Position numbers and translations under genes: made by a program. Positions 38,541 to 49,515 of a DNA stretch of 64,000 nt are shown in pieces (the stretch's first letter is position 1; each line of letters starts with the position of its first letter). The stretch is from an uncultured Aminicenantes bacterium (GTDB lineage: Bacteria > Acidobacteriota > Aminicenantia > UBA2199). A model generated the notes under the pieces. That model made no database searches, was not told the DNA's origin, and was given only the letters and a program-made list of their open reading frames with translations. The stretch covers positions 1 to 64,000 of the forward strand of contig CBDAFS010000009.1 of the NCBI GenBank assembly GCA_965195285.1. The letters run 5' to 3'.

Positions 38541-39263
38541 TCACCAGATTCCCGGAATGAGTCGGTAACGGACTTTTCGGGCATATTCGGTATATCCGGA
38601 CAGCTCTTTTTTTAACACCCGGTCTTCAAGAACGGTGCGGATGACAAACAGTATGCCAATCAATCCCGCGGGAATCAGTGCCCACAGGGAACCCATAATC
38701 AATGCAAAAGTCAAAATAATCAAGATTACTCCCGCATAACCCGGATGTCTGACAAACCGGTAGGGACCAGTGGATACCACCTGGTGATATCGTTCTTTTT
38801 GAATCCGAATTTTCGATGAAAAGAAGTTATTGACTTGCATGGCCCATAGAGCAAAAGCCGAAAAAAGTGTCAGTATCAGACCGGAGAGAATATAGATGCC
38901 CATTGGAAATGTTGGCGACCAGCGAAATCTGCCGGAATCCAGTATGGCAATGATTATCATTGCATATAGTAGTACCTGGTACAGGCCAATAATAAGGTTA
39001 TCCCATTTCTTAACCCCCGGACCCGGATTCCTCCTTTCTTTTATCAGGTCCTTCCGGTTCCGAAAGGAGATTGAAGTGACCAAAAGTATTGAAAAACAGA
39101 TACCCAGCAGAATCCAACCCTGAATATAATCGAATCTCCCGGCGAGAAGAAAGACAAACAAACCGAACAAAACAATTCCGCCGATACTTCCAAGAATGAG
39201 CATGGCAAATTTTTTTCCATCAATTTCCTGATGGATTTTCCCGGAAGGGTTGTGATTATTCAT
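38541..39263 (-). CDS. isoprenylcysteine carboxyl methyltransferase (ICMT/PEMT) family membrane protein
   Basis: GPYRFVRHPGY, EDRVL, Y..YA.KVRYRLIPG. Confidence 0.85.
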   Translation of the reverse strand: MNNHNPSGKIHQEIDGKKFAMLILGSIGGIVLFGLFVFLLAGRFDYIQGWILLGICFSILLVTSISFRNRKDLIKERRNPGPGVKKWDNLIIGLYQVLLYAMIIIAILDSGRFRWSPTFPMGIYILSGLILTLFSAFALWAMQVNNFFSSKIRIQKERYHQVVSTGPYRFVRHPGYAGVILIILTFALIMGSLWALIPAGLIGILFVIRTVLEDRVLKKELSGYTEYARKVRYRLIPGIW

Positions 39264-39294
39264 GTTGTCCAAAAAAAATCGAATATTAGACTTG

Positions 39295-41022
39295 CTATTC
39301 GGCTTGATTTCTTTGATAGACGATTTTGCCGCCGACAATGGTATAGTCCACCTTGGCTTTCATGATATCCTGGGGAGCGATGGTCATCAGGTCCTGATTG
39401 AAAATGACCATGTCGGCCAGCATGCCTTTTTTAATCGATCCTTTTCGGTTTTCCGTGAATTCGGCATAGGCTGAACCCAGAGTATATAACTCAATGGCTT
39501 TTTCCATGGAAAGTTTTTGATCGGCAAACCATCCTTCTCCGGGCTCACCGGCTCGATCCTTACGGGTAACCGCGGCATAGAGACCTTCCAGGGGATCAAT
39601 CGGTTCCACGTACCAATCGGTGCCAAAAGCGATTTGAGCACCGGAATCCAGTAACCGCTTCCAGGCATAGGCGCCCCTGCACCTTTTGAGGCCGATTCGT
39701 TTTTCCGCAAATCTTTTATCGGTAATACAGTGGGTCGGCTGCATGGAGGCGATGACCCCCAGTTCGGCAAACCGGTGGATATCCTGGTCGGTTAATATCT
39801 GGGCATGCTCGCTGCGATGACGGCTATCCCGCCTGCCATTCCGCTTTTGTGCTTTTTCATAGGCATTGAGAATCCAGTGATTGGCTCTTGTGCCAATGGC
39901 ATGGATGCCGATCTGAAACCCGTTTTTATCACTGACTACTACTTTTTTTTCCAGTTCTTCATAAGACATCTGGGGTAAGCCCCTGGTAGAGGGATCATCG
40001 CTAAAGGGCTCAAACATGAGGGCAGTGCCGGAACCCAGGGTGCCATCTATAAAACCTTTGAGATATCCGAACCGGATCCAGTTGTTTTCCGAATGGAATT
40101 TCTGACGCAATTCCTGGTACCGGGCCAGCGTTTCTTCATTATCGGTAAGCCACATGTTGAAGGTTACCCGTACGGTCAATTTTTCCTGACCATGGAATTT
40201 TTCAAATAATTCCGAATGATTATTGAGGTGCTGAATGCTGGTCACTCCGGTTCGCCGGGCTGCCTCCAGAGCCAGCTCAAGGGCTTTGGTGGCTCTTTTC
40301 TTCAGTTCATCCGCTGACAGTTTTTTAAACTTGGTGCTATCGATCAGGTTCTGAGCCGATTCCTTCAGTATTCCGGTGGGATCTCCGGTTTTTTTATTCC
40401 GGATGATGGTTCCACCAGTCGGATCAGGAGTGTCTTTGGTAATTCCTGATAGTCTTAAAACCAGGCTGTTCACCCAGACGGAATGGCCATCGGTTCTGGC
40501 CAGGATAATCGGATTGTCCGGGGCAACCTCATCGAGTATTTCCCGGGTAGGCCACTGCTTATCCGGAAACAATTCATGATCCCATCCGCCTCCCCTGATT
40601 ATTTCTCCGGGTTCTGACCGGGACACTTTTTCCTTAACCATTTTCTGGATGATCTTAATATCGGTAATATAGCGAAAATCAAGGTTCATCAATGAGTACC
40701 CGCCGCTGATAAAATGAATATGGGCATCATTGAAACCGGGAACCACCAGACGGTTGTAGGCATCAATGACAATGGTTTTATCTTTTTTAATATACCGGGT
40801 AATATTCTGATTGGAGGACACGGCAATAATTTTTTCTCCCTTTACCGCCACTGCTTCCGCCCTGGGGTTGCTCTGGTCAATGGTCACAATTTTGGCGTTT
40901 TTTATGACCAGGTCCGCCTGGACAGGTTCATGGGTAACACCCCGCATAAAAAAAGAAATAAAAAACATTAATAATAAAAAGAGAAAGAATAAATGCTTTT
41001 TGGATAACAAAATGGATTTCAT
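39295..41022 (-). CDS. amidohydrolase 3 (YtcJ-like), exported
   Basis: PGFNDAHIH, HAIG, RSEHAQ, FGTDW. Confidence 0.9.
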   Translation of the reverse strand: MKSILLSKKHLFFLFLLLMFFISFFMRGVTHEPVQADLVIKNAKIVTIDQSNPRAEAVAVKGEKIIAVSSNQNITRYIKKDKTIVIDAYNRLVVPGFNDAHIHFISGGYSLMNLDFRYITDIKIIQKMVKEKVSRSEPGEIIRGGGWDHELFPDKQWPTREILDEVAPDNPIILARTDGHSVWVNSLVLRLSGITKDTPDPTGGTIIRNKKTGDPTGILKESAQNLIDSTKFKKLSADELKKRATKALELALEAARRTGVTSIQHLNNHSELFEKFHGQEKLTVRVTFNMWLTDNEETLARYQELRQKFHSENNWIRFGYLKGFIDGTLGSGTALMFEPFSDDPSTRGLPQMSYEELEKKVVVSDKNGFQIGIHAIGTRANHWILNAYEKAQKRNGRRDSRHRSEHAQILTDQDIHRFAELGVIASMQPTHCITDKRFAEKRIGLKRCRGAYAWKRLLDSGAQIAFGTDWYVEPIDPLEGLYAAVTRKDRAGEPGEGWFADQKLSMEKAIELYTLGSAYAEFTENRKGSIKKGMLADMVIFNQDLMTIAPQDIMKAKVDYTIVGGKIVYQRNQAE

Positions 41023-41459
41023 GAGCTCTCCTGGCCCGGCTTCTTTTGGGACGGGACAATGAATTTGTGGTAAAATTCATCGGGAATCCGGGTCGGTTTA
41101 TTGCGATTATTGACAAATACATGCAGGGTTTGAGCGGACAGGATAAGGATATTTGATTCACGGTTGAAAATTTTATAGGTCAGGGTAAAACGGGTCGCCG
41201 TGCAATCCGAAATCCATCCGTTGATCTGTAAATTGTCTCCAGATTTCGCCGGATATTTGAATTCAAGGATAGCTTTTCTGACCACGGGGAATTTTTCCCA
41301 TTTAAAGAAGTCATTGAAATTCAAACCTTTGGAAATAAGGAAATCATTACGGACTTTTTCCAGATAATTTAAATAAACTGCATTGTTCACATGACCCCAG
41401 GCATCCAGTTCATAGCTCATTACCGTATGATGGCTTATCAAAATTCCCAGTTCTGGCAT
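41019..41459 (-). CDS. acyl-CoA thioesterase (4HBT/YbgC family)
   Basis: ELDAWGHVNNAVY. Confidence 0.88.
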   Translation of the reverse strand: MPELGILISHHTVMSYELDAWGHVNNAVYLNYLEKVRNDFLISKGLNFNDFFKWEKFPVVRKAILEFKYPAKSGDNLQINGWISDCTATRFTLTYKIFNRESNILILSAQTLHVFVNNRNKPTRIPDEFYHKFIVPSQKKPGQESS

Positions 41460-41538
41460 TTTTAGAGATTATGGGCAGGGTTGATCTGGAGGGGGCTGGA
41501 AGGTGATTTTTCCAATTGACTTTGCGGGTTGTGATCCT

Positions 41539-42102
41539 CTAGTCTTCCAGGATATGCTTTTTTTTGGAACTCTCAATTTCTTCCAGGTTCTTTATACTGA
41601 TATCCACGATTTTCTGCAGGTCATCGTAAAACCGTTTTTCATTGTCTTCGGAAATTTCCTTTTCCTCTTCCAAGGACTTGGCCAGCTCACGATATTCTCT
41701 GCGTAGAATTCTGGCGGATGTTTTTCTCTCTTCGGTATAGCTTTTCAAGGTTTTGATGATTTCTGTCCGTCTTTCCTCATCCAGAGGGGGTACTGGAAGT
41801 CTGATCAGCTTACCGTCGGATACCGGATTGATATGAATATTGGAGTTTCGAATTGCTTTTTCAATTTCTCCGATAATATTGTGATCCCATGGCTGGATGA
41901 TAATCAAATTGGCTTCCGGTATCGATAAAGTGGCCAGCTGGTTTATGGGAGTGGGGGTTCCATAGTAATCGACCCGGATATTGTCTAGGATGGAAGCGGA
42001 TGCCCTTCCGGTCCTGAATTTGGATATTTCATTTTTAAATTCTGCTTCCAGTTCAGCCAATTTACTTTTGACTTCTTCAAGGGTTTCTTGTAACATGCTC
42101 AT
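41539..42102 (-). CDS. frr: ribosome recycling factor
   Basis: RTGRA, DYYG.PTP, PPL.EERR. Confidence 0.96.
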   Translation of the reverse strand: MSMLQETLEEVKSKLAELEAEFKNEISKFRTGRASASILDNIRVDYYGTPTPINQLATLSIPEANLIIIQPWDHNIIGEIEKAIRNSNIHINPVSDGKLIRLPVPPLDEERRTEIIKTLKSYTEERKTSARILRREYRELAKSLEEEKEISEDNEKRFYDDLQKIVDISIKNLEEIESSKKKHILED

Positions 42103-42105
42103 TCC

Positions 42106-42822
42106 CTAATTGACCAGCGTTCCAATATTCTTGTTTATGATGGCTTTAAAAATGTTGCCTTTTTTGGTTAGATCAAAAATTTTTAGTTCCAATTTGTTTT
42201 CTTTGCATAAGGTAATGGCGGTACTGTCAATGACCTTCAATTCTTTTGATAAAATTTCAGAATAAGAGATCTGATCGAATTTCACCACTTCCTTTACTTT
42301 TTTGGGATCATCCGAAAATACTCCATCTACCATGGTTGCCTTCAATAATATATCCGCTTTGATTTCGATTGCCCGTAAAGCTGCAGCAGTATCGGTTGAA
42401 AAAAATGGACTTCCGGTTCCTGCTGTGAATATGACTATCCGTCCCTTTTCAAGGTGTCTGGTTACCCGCCTTCTAATAAAGGGTTCTGCGATTTCGGTTA
42501 TTTCCAGAGCCGAAACTAGACGGGTGATCAACCCTTTTTTTTCAAAGGTATCCTGGAGAGCGATTCCATTGATAACCGTAGCCAACATTCCCATATAATC
42601 AGCGGATGCACGATCAATTCCCAGTTCATTTTGCCGATTTCCCCTGATAAAATTTCCGCCCCCGGTTACGATAGCAATCTCAACACCATAGTCATGTGCC
42701 TGTTTTATCTCATTTGAAATGTCATCGATAACGGAATTGGAAATACCGAATTCCCGATCCCCTTTTAAAGCCTCTCCACTGATCTTTAAGAGGATTCTTC
42801 TAGATTTGGGGACCTCATCCAT
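42106..42822 (-). CDS. pyrH: UMP kinase
   Basis: LLKISGEAL, GGGNF.RG, DYMGMLAT, PFFSTD. Confidence 0.96.
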   Translation of the reverse strand: MDEVPKSRRILLKISGEALKGDREFGISNSVIDDISNEIKQAHDYGVEIAIVTGGGNFIRGNRQNELGIDRASADYMGMLATVINGIALQDTFEKKGLITRLVSALEITEIAEPFIRRRVTRHLEKGRIVIFTAGTGSPFFSTDTAAALRAIEIKADILLKATMVDGVFSDDPKKVKEVVKFDQISYSEILSKELKVIDSTAITLCKENKLELKIFDLTKKGNIFKAIINKNIGTLVN

Positions 42823-42823
42823 T

Positions 42824-43423
42824 TTAGTTTTCTTCACCCAGCTGGTAACGAATAAATCTTTTGACGATGATATTTTCTCCTGTTTTATGGATGATTCCTA
42901 TGATTAGTTCTTCTATGGTTTTCTTGTCTTCTTTGAAAAAGATTTGATTAAGCAGGCATATTTCGGTATAGAATTTTTTCAGTTTTCCTTCAACAATTTT
43001 TTCGATGATGTTTTCGGGTTTGCCACTGTCTTTTACCTGGGCACGATATATATCTTTTTCTTTTTCAATCACATCGGCCGGGATATCATCTTTGGAAATA
43101 TATTTCGGGTTCATGGCGGCTATCTGCATGGAAATATCCTTAACCAGAGACTGGAAATCCTCGTTTTTGGCAACGAAATCGGTTTCACACCCCACTTCAA
43201 CCAGCACTCCAATTTTCCCATTGGTGTGAATATAGGATCCAATGATTCCCTGTTTGGTGGTTCGGGTTGATCTTGCTTTGGCCTTTTCAAAACCTTTTTT
43301 TCTCAGCAATTCTGTTGCCTTATCAAAATCATTGTTAGTCTCGGCAACGGCCTTTTTACACTCAAGGATTCCAATCCCGGTTTCCTCTCTGAGTTTCTTA
43401 ACCAGGGACATATCTGCAGCCAT
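42824..43423 (-). CDS. tsf: elongation factor Ts (short form)
   Basis: VKKLREETG, ETDFVA. Confidence 0.96.
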   Translation of the reverse strand: MAADMSLVKKLREETGIGILECKKAVAETNNDFDKATELLRKKGFEKAKARSTRTTKQGIIGSYIHTNGKIGVLVEVGCETDFVAKNEDFQSLVKDISMQIAAMNPKYISKDDIPADVIEKEKDIYRAQVKDSGKPENIIEKIVEGKLKKFYTEICLLNQIFFKEDKKTIEELIIGIIHKTGENIIVKRFIRYQLGEEN

Positions 43424-43424
43424 T

Positions 43425-44288
43425 TTAATTCTCCTTTGTTTCCTCTTCGGTTTCTTCTTCCGTATCTACTTTCTTTTCCTCGGTTTTTCCCTTGCTTTCG
43501 GTTTGGTTTTCTTCAGCGGCCTCTTTCACTTCCGCAGTCTCTTCACTTTCTGGCTCCGCTGCTTCAATTTCTTGCTCCTGCTGAACCATGTCATCGGTTT
43601 GCCTTTTATCCATACCGGCGTTAACGGCTTCTCCGAATTTGCTGACAAATAATCGAATGGATCTGATAGCATCATCATTTCCGGGAATGGGAAAGTCAAT
43701 CTCTTCTGGATTGGCATTCGTGTCAACTATGGCCACGATTGGAATATTAAGCTTTTTGGCTTCATAAACAGCGATACTCTCATAGGTGGAATCAATAATG
43801 ATGATAACTCCGGGAGGCTCTTGGAGGTCCCTGACTCCCCATAAGTTTTTATGGAGTTTTTTGTACACTTTTTCCAATTTGGATTGTTCTTTCTTAGATT
43901 TAACTTCCCAGCGGCCGTCCTTTTTCATCTCATCCAGATCAATCAGTTTTTCAATACTCTTTTTGATCATGGAGAAATTGGTTAACAATCCTCCCAACCA
44001 CCGTTTATGAACATAGTGCATGCCCTCAGTTTCTTCGGAAATATCCTCAATTATAGTCTGGGCTTGTTTTTTGGTTCCCACGATGAGGACATCTTTACCG
44101 GAAGCCACCGTATCGGTTATGAATTTCAATCCTTCTTTGAATAATTCAATGGCGGTCTGTAAATTTATGATATAGATGCCATTTTTCTTCCCATAGATAT
44201 AGGGCTTCATCTTTGGATTCCATCGTCTCACCTGGTGACCGAAATGGACCCCGGCTTCTAACATTTCTCTCATATTAATGTTAACCAT
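43425..44288 (-). CDS. rpsB: 30S ribosomal protein S2
   Basis: AGVHFGH, WNPKM, RWLGG.LTN, PGNDDAIRS; acidic tail. Confidence 0.97.
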   Translation of the reverse strand: MVNINMREMLEAGVHFGHQVRRWNPKMKPYIYGKKNGIYIINLQTAIELFKEGLKFITDTVASGKDVLIVGTKKQAQTIIEDISEETEGMHYVHKRWLGGLLTNFSMIKKSIEKLIDLDEMKKDGRWEVKSKKEQSKLEKVYKKLHKNLWGVRDLQEPPGVIIIIDSTYESIAVYEAKKLNIPIVAIVDTNANPEEIDFPIPGNDDAIRSIRLFVSKFGEAVNAGMDKRQTDDMVQQEQEIEAAEPESEETAEVKEAAEENQTESKGKTEEKKVDTEEETEEETKEN

Positions 44289-44297
44289 ACTTGACAC

Positions 44298-44702
44298 CTA
44301 CCTCTTGTGATATTGAGATGCTTTACGTGCTTTCAGCAGTCCATATTTTTTTCTTTCTTTTTCCCGGGCATCTCTGGTCAATAAACCAGCCTTTTTAAGA
44401 GCAGGTCTTAACTCGGAGTTGTATTCTAGCAGTGCTCTTGAAATTCCCAATCGGATGGCATTGGCCTGAGCAGATATTCCTCCACCTTGTACGGTGATAA
44501 ATACATCAAAATTGTCAACAGTGTTGGTTATGTTTAATGGTTTGTAGATAGTCAGTTTATAATTTTTCAAAGGGAAATACGTATCAAATTCTCTAACCCT
44601 TTTGCCAACAATTAATTTCAGATTTCCTTTACCAGGTCTCAGATATACTCTGGCTACACTGGTTTTCCTTCTTCCTGTTCCGTAGTACTGAACAATACTC
44701 AA
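44298..44702 (-). CDS. rpsI: 30S ribosomal protein S9
   Basis: GTGRRK, ERKKYG..KARK; TTG start after GAGGAGG. Confidence 0.97.
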   Translation of the reverse strand: MSIVQYYGTGRRKTSVARVYLRPGKGNLKLIVGKRVREFDTYFPLKNYKLTIYKPLNITNTVDNFDVFITVQGGGISAQANAIRLGISRALLEYNSELRPALKKAGLLTRDAREKERKKYGLLKARKASQYHKR

Positions 44703-44715
44703 AATGTCCTCCTCG

Positions 44716-45162
44716 TTAGATCTTCAGGGCTTCAGGTTTTTGCGCGGCGTGTTTGTGCTCTGTACCTGGGTAGACCTTCAATTTTTTTAAAATCTTTCTG
44801 TTTAGTTTATTTTTGGGCAACATTCCCTTAACCGCGTGCATGATAATTCTTTCCGGATGTGTATTCAGCATTTTTTTATAGGAAATTTCCTTTAACCCTC
44901 CCATATATCCGGAATGGCGGTAATAGAGTTTTTGTTTTTCCTTGATACCTGTCAGCTTTATTTTATTGGAATTGATAACAATTACAAAATCGCCATTGTC
45001 AAAAAAAGGCGTATATGACGGTTTGTCTTTACCTCTTAATATATTAGCCACTCTGGTTGCTAACCTGCCCAGTACCAGGTTGTCAGCGTCAATCAGCCAC
45101 CATTTTTTTTCAGCCGGATCTTTTTGTGGTATAAGCGTCTTGTTCAACTTATTAAGTTTCAT
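44716..45162 (-). CDS. rplM: 50S ribosomal protein L13
   Basis: LGRLA, YYRHSGY.GG, GMLPKN. Confidence 0.97.
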   Translation of the reverse strand: MKLNKLNKTLIPQKDPAEKKWWLIDADNLVLGRLATRVANILRGKDKPSYTPFFDNGDFVIVINSNKIKLTGIKEKQKLYYRHSGYMGGLKEISYKKMLNTHPERIIMHAVKGMLPKNKLNRKILKKLKVYPGTEHKHAAQKPEALKI

Positions 45163-45330
45163 AATTACCTCGTAGAAAAATGTAAATGTACAATATTTTC
45201 GATGATTTGTCAAGCATTTCTATGGAAGGGCTTTCGGAAACAAATCCATCGGGCTCCAAGCTCTTGATTCAAATGTGTGAAATATTTACCCATAGTTGAT
45301 TTAATTGACAAAATTTGTTATATTATATAC

Positions 45331-45609
45331 ATGAGATTGAACAAACAACAGCTCGAACATATGGCATTTAATATAGTGAATGAACTTTTAAAGGAAAGTT
45401 TGATTCTTACCGAAGATAAAGAAAAAATGGTTACGGAAGTACATGAAATTATTACCAAAGAACTGGGAAGGGAAGATTTGCTTGATGATCAGGTCAAGGA
45501 AATTTTAAAGGAAAAACTGAATGAGATTCGGAATGCAAATATTGACTATTATGAAATGTTTAAAATGGTGAAAGCCAAATTGGCTGAGAAGGAGAATATT
45601 ATCTTATGA
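45331..45609 (+). CDS. DUF507 family protein
   Basis: MRL..., DYYEMFKMVK.KLA. Confidence 0.75.
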   Translation: MRLNKQQLEHMAFNIVNELLKESLILTEDKEKMVTEVHEIITKELGREDLLDDQVKEILKEKLNEIRNANIDYYEMFKMVKAKLAEKENIIL

Positions 45610-45896
45610 GCCTGAAGCTATCCAGAAATAAAGTGAATTGCCTGACCCGATTGGTTATTGAGTATATTGAAATCAATGAGGAACTGGATTATGTTGAAGA
45701 CATTGGAAATATTCGATTGAAATTGTTTCATATCATTATGAATGAATTAAGGATGTATGAAGATATTGAGAACAATGCCAAGGAGAGGGTGAATTCTCAA
45801 AAAAAGACTATTCCCGAGGGCTCTCGGGAATGGGAAATTTTATTCCGAAAGTACGCCAATGAAGAACTGAACAAGTTGGGAAAAATCTGGGATTAA
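45606..45896 (+). CDS. DUF507 family protein
   Basis: IPEGSREWEILFRKY.EEL. Confidence 0.8.
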   Translation: MSLKLSRNKVNCLTRLVIEYIEINEELDYVEDIGNIRLKLFHIIMNELRMYEDIENNAKERVNSQKKTIPEGSREWEILFRKYANEELNKLGKIWD

Positions 45897-46118
45897 AAAA
45901 AATCGCGGCCGTTCTGCTATTTTTTGAATAGTTAAAAAAAGCTGAAAGTAACCTCTTTTCATATTCCGAATTTAAAAACAAGGCAATAATTTTATATATT
46001 TTAACTGGTTATTGAGTCTTGACAACAAAACTAATAATTAAAAAAATATTTTTGTTTTAAAATTTTTTTTATGTTAATATATTTTCTAAATAAATCAAAT
46101 CAAAAAAGAGAACTCAAC

Positions 46119-47468
46119 ATGGGATTAATAAAAATTAAAAAAGGTTTAGATATTCCTGTTTTTGGTAAACCGGAACAGAAGATATATCCTGCTTCAAACC
46201 CCAGGACTGTAGCTCTAATTGGCTATGATTATATAGGTTTAAGACCGAAATTGGCGGTAAAGGTCGGCGATCTGGTGAAGTTGGGACAACTGTTGTTTAC
46301 TGATAAAAAAATGCCCTCGGTTCGATATAGCTCACCGGGAACCGGAAAAGTGATTTCTATCAATAGAGGTCCCAAGCGGGTCTTTGAATCGATTGTAATT
46401 GAGCTTAATGGACAGGATGAGATCACCTTCGATTCTTTTTCCGAAACCCAATTGAAAAACATAGGCAGGGAAAAAGTAAAAACCCTGCTCATTGATTCAG
46501 GTTTATGGACATCCATACGAGCTCGACCTTACAGCAAGGTAGCCGATCCCGGTATTCTTCCTCATTCCCTCTTTATTACGGCCATGGATACCAATCCCCA
46601 TGCTCCGATAATAGACGTTATCATAAAAGGAAATGAAAGGGATTATGTAAACGGAGCGATTGTGTTATCCAAATTGACAGATGGAAAAACTTTTATCTGT
46701 AAATGTCCCGGTGCTCCAATTCCAGATGCTGACATCAAATCCCTTGAGGTGAAGGAATTTGCAGGTCCACATCCGTCTGGGAATGTGGGTACACACATAC
46801 ATTTTATTGATCCCGTGCATCGAAATAAAATTGTCTGGTACATCAATGTGCAAGACGTGATTGCCATAGGCCGGTTTTTTGTCAGCGGGAAAATTCCAAT
46901 CGAACGGGTGATTTCTTTGGCCGGGCCATCCGTAAAACGGCCCCGTTTGTTGAAGGCACGAATCGGGGGCTGTATTGAGGAAATAACCGAAGGTGAATTA
47001 TTGGAGAAAGATAACCGTCTTATCTCCGGTTCCGTACTCTCGGGAAGAATCTCCACCGGAGCGGTAAAATACATCGGGAGATATCATCAGCAGATTTCAG
47101 TCCTGGAAGAGGGGAGGGATAGAAAATTCCTTGGTTGGATGAGTCCGGGATTTAATGTTTATTCCTCACGGAATATTGTAATATCTCGCCTTTTCCCCAG
47201 GAAGAAGTTTGATTTCACCACAGCGATTCATGGAGGGAAGAGGGCCATTATGCCTATTGGGAATTATGAGAAGGTTATGCCGATTGATATCCTGCCCACG
47301 TTTTTATTGAGATCTTTGATGGTTGATGATATTGAGGAAGCTGAAAAACTGGGTTGTCTGGAATTGGATGAAGAAGATCTGGCTTTATGTAGTTTTGTTT
47401 CACCATCAAAAATAGATTATGGTCCGGTTTTGCGGAGAAACCTGACCAAAATCGAAAAGGAAGGATAG
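46119..47468 (+). CDS. nqrA: Na+-translocating NADH:quinone reductase subunit A
   Basis: IKKGLDIP, GPHPSG, LELDEEDLALC. Confidence 0.95.
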   Translation: MGLIKIKKGLDIPVFGKPEQKIYPASNPRTVALIGYDYIGLRPKLAVKVGDLVKLGQLLFTDKKMPSVRYSSPGTGKVISINRGPKRVFESIVIELNGQDEITFDSFSETQLKNIGREKVKTLLIDSGLWTSIRARPYSKVADPGILPHSLFITAMDTNPHAPIIDVIIKGNERDYVNGAIVLSKLTDGKTFICKCPGAPIPDADIKSLEVKEFAGPHPSGNVGTHIHFIDPVHRNKIVWYINVQDVIAIGRFFVSGKIPIERVISLAGPSVKRPRLLKARIGGCIEEITEGELLEKDNRLISGSVLSGRISTGAVKYIGRYHQQISVLEEGRDRKFLGWMSPGFNVYSSRNIVISRLFPRKKFDFTTAIHGGKRAIMPIGNYEKVMPIDILPTFLLRSLMVDDIEEAEKLGCLELDEEDLALCSFVSPSKIDYGPVLRRNLTKIEKEG

Positions 47469-48719
47469 ATGAGGTTTTTAAGAAAAATACTTGATCGACA
47501 TGGAAAATTATATGAAAAAGGGAGGAAATTGGAAAAGCTATATCCCCTTTATGAAGCGCTTGATAATTTCATGTTTACATCCGGGAAAGTGACCTGTTCG
47601 CCACCCCATATACGGGATGTCAATGATTTTAAGCGGGTCATGATGATGGTGGTATATGCATTGATTCCAACGGTTATAATGGCTCTCTATAACACGGGGT
47701 ACCAGGCAAATCTGATTTTTTCCCAACTGGGGAAAGTAGCGACTTCCGGATGGCGGATTGACCTGATTACTACTTTGGGTATCGGCTTTGACCCGGGGAA
47801 TATTTTCGCCAACATTTTTCACGGTGCTCTCTATTTTTTCCCGATATACGCGGTTACTATGGCATTGGGTGGATTCTGGGAAGTAGTGTTTGCGGTTGTC
47901 AGAAAACACGAGATTCAGGAAGGATTTCTGGTAACCGGATTGTTGTTCCCCTTGATTCTCCCCCCGGCCATTCCTCTCTGGCAAGTGGCCATCGGAATTT
48001 CCTTTGGCATAGTAATCGGCAAGGAAGTATTTGGTGGTGTGGGAATGAATATCCTGAACCCGGCACTAACGGCCCGGGCTTTTTTATTTTTTGCCTATCC
48101 GCTGAAAATATCAGGTGATGCCGTTTGGGCTGCGGTTGATGGATTAAGCATGGCAACGCCACTGGCCGTTGTTTCTGAAAGAGGGGTAAGTGCACTGGGC
48201 AAGATTCCCGGAATTGTCCAGGGAATTGAATTGGAGCCACTGGCGGTCACATTCAAGGATGCCTTTCTGGGATTTATCCCCGGATCAATGGGAGAAACAT
48301 CCACCCTGGCCTGCCTAATCGGGGCCATGATTTTGATTGTTTCTGGTATCGGCTCCTGGAGAATAATGGTGAGTGTGTTGGCGGGTATGGTGGGCTTATC
48401 GCTTTTATTTAATCTCATTGGTAGCGGAACCAATCCCATGTTTTTTCTGTCACCGCACTGGCATCTGGTTCTCGGGGGATTTGCTTTCGGTACTGTTTTC
48501 ATGGCCACGGACCCGGTTAGCGCTGCGGTGACCAATAAAGGCAAGTATTTATACGGTTTTCTGATCGGGATTTTAGTGGTATTAATTCGGGTTCTTAATC
48601 CGGCATTTCCAGAAGGTATGATGCTCGCTATTCTGTTCGCGAATGTGTTCGCATCGATCATCGACAGGTTTTTTATCAATTCCAATATAAAGAGGAGGTT
48701 GCTCCGAAATGAGCAATGA
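47469..48719 (+). CDS. nqrB: Na+-NQR subunit B
   Basis: KEVFGG.G.N.LNPAL, SMATPL FMN site, PEGMMLAI. Confidence 0.95.
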   Translation: MRFLRKILDRHGKLYEKGRKLEKLYPLYEALDNFMFTSGKVTCSPPHIRDVNDFKRVMMMVVYALIPTVIMALYNTGYQANLIFSQLGKVATSGWRIDLITTLGIGFDPGNIFANIFHGALYFFPIYAVTMALGGFWEVVFAVVRKHEIQEGFLVTGLLFPLILPPAIPLWQVAIGISFGIVIGKEVFGGVGMNILNPALTARAFLFFAYPLKISGDAVWAAVDGLSMATPLAVVSERGVSALGKIPGIVQGIELEPLAVTFKDAFLGFIPGSMGETSTLACLIGAMILIVSGIGSWRIMVSVLAGMVGLSLLFNLIGSGTNPMFFLSPHWHLVLGGFAFGTVFMATDPVSAAVTNKGKYLYGFLIGILVVLIRVLNPAFPEGMMLAILFANVFASIIDRFFINSNIKRRLLRNEQ

Positions 48720-49515
48720 TTCAATAGGGAAAACAATTCTGGTGGCACTGGCGGTTTGTGTGATCTGGTCATTGTTGGTCTCTACGGCTGCGATTACATT
48801 AAAACCAATCCAAGATCAAAATAAAAAAATTGAAAAAATGAAGAATATAATTGCTGTGGGTGGTTTAATGGATGTGGATAAGGATATCGAAGATATTTAT
48901 AAGGGTCACATTGACTCCAGAATAGTGGACTTAGAAACCGGAAAATATCTACCCAAAGACAAACAAGTGGGACTCTTGAATCCGGAAGTATATAACATAA
49001 AAAAAGTGGCCAAGGATCCTGAATTAGGAAAGTTGATTCCCCGGAACAAGGACAGGGCCCGGATCAGAAGAATGCCTAAATTTGTTCCGGTGTACTTTGT
49101 GAAAAAGGACGAAAAGGTTAGCAGAATCATCTTTCCGGTCTATGGCAGTGGTTTATGGTCTACCATGTATGGTTTTATTGCCCTGGACCGGGATTTGAAT
49201 ACAATAAAGGGTTTTACTTTTTATGAACATGGAGAGACTCCCGGTTTGGGAGGTGAAGTTGATAATCCGCAATGGAAGGCTTTATGGAAAGGGAAGTTGG
49301 CTTTTGATGAAAATAATAGGCTTCGGATTGAGGTTATAAAGGGGAAGGTAGATATATTGAAGCTGGAGTCAAAATATCAGGTAGATGGATTATCCGGTTC
49401 AACTCTGACCACCAATGGTGTGAATAATCTGGTACGATTCTGGCTCGGCGAGGATGGATTTGCGATGTTTATACAAGAACTCAGGAGAGGAGGGTTTGAT
49501 GGGAAAGTACAGTAA
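48709..49515 (+). CDS. nqrC: Na+-NQR subunit C
   Basis: [21 protein letters not shown]. Confidence 0.95.
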   Translation: MSNDSIGKTILVALAVCVIWSLLVSTAAITLKPIQDQNKKIEKMKNIIAVGGLMDVDKDIEDIYKGHIDSRIVDLETGKYLPKDKQVGLLNPEVYNIKKVAKDPELGKLIPRNKDRARIRRMPKFVPVYFVKKDEKVSRIIFPVYGSGLWSTMYGFIALDRDLNTIKGFTFYEHGETPGLGGEVDNPQWKALWKGKLAFDENNRLRIEVIKGKVDILKLESKYQVDGLSGSTLTTNGVNNLVRFWLGEDGFAMFIQELRRGGFDGKVQ

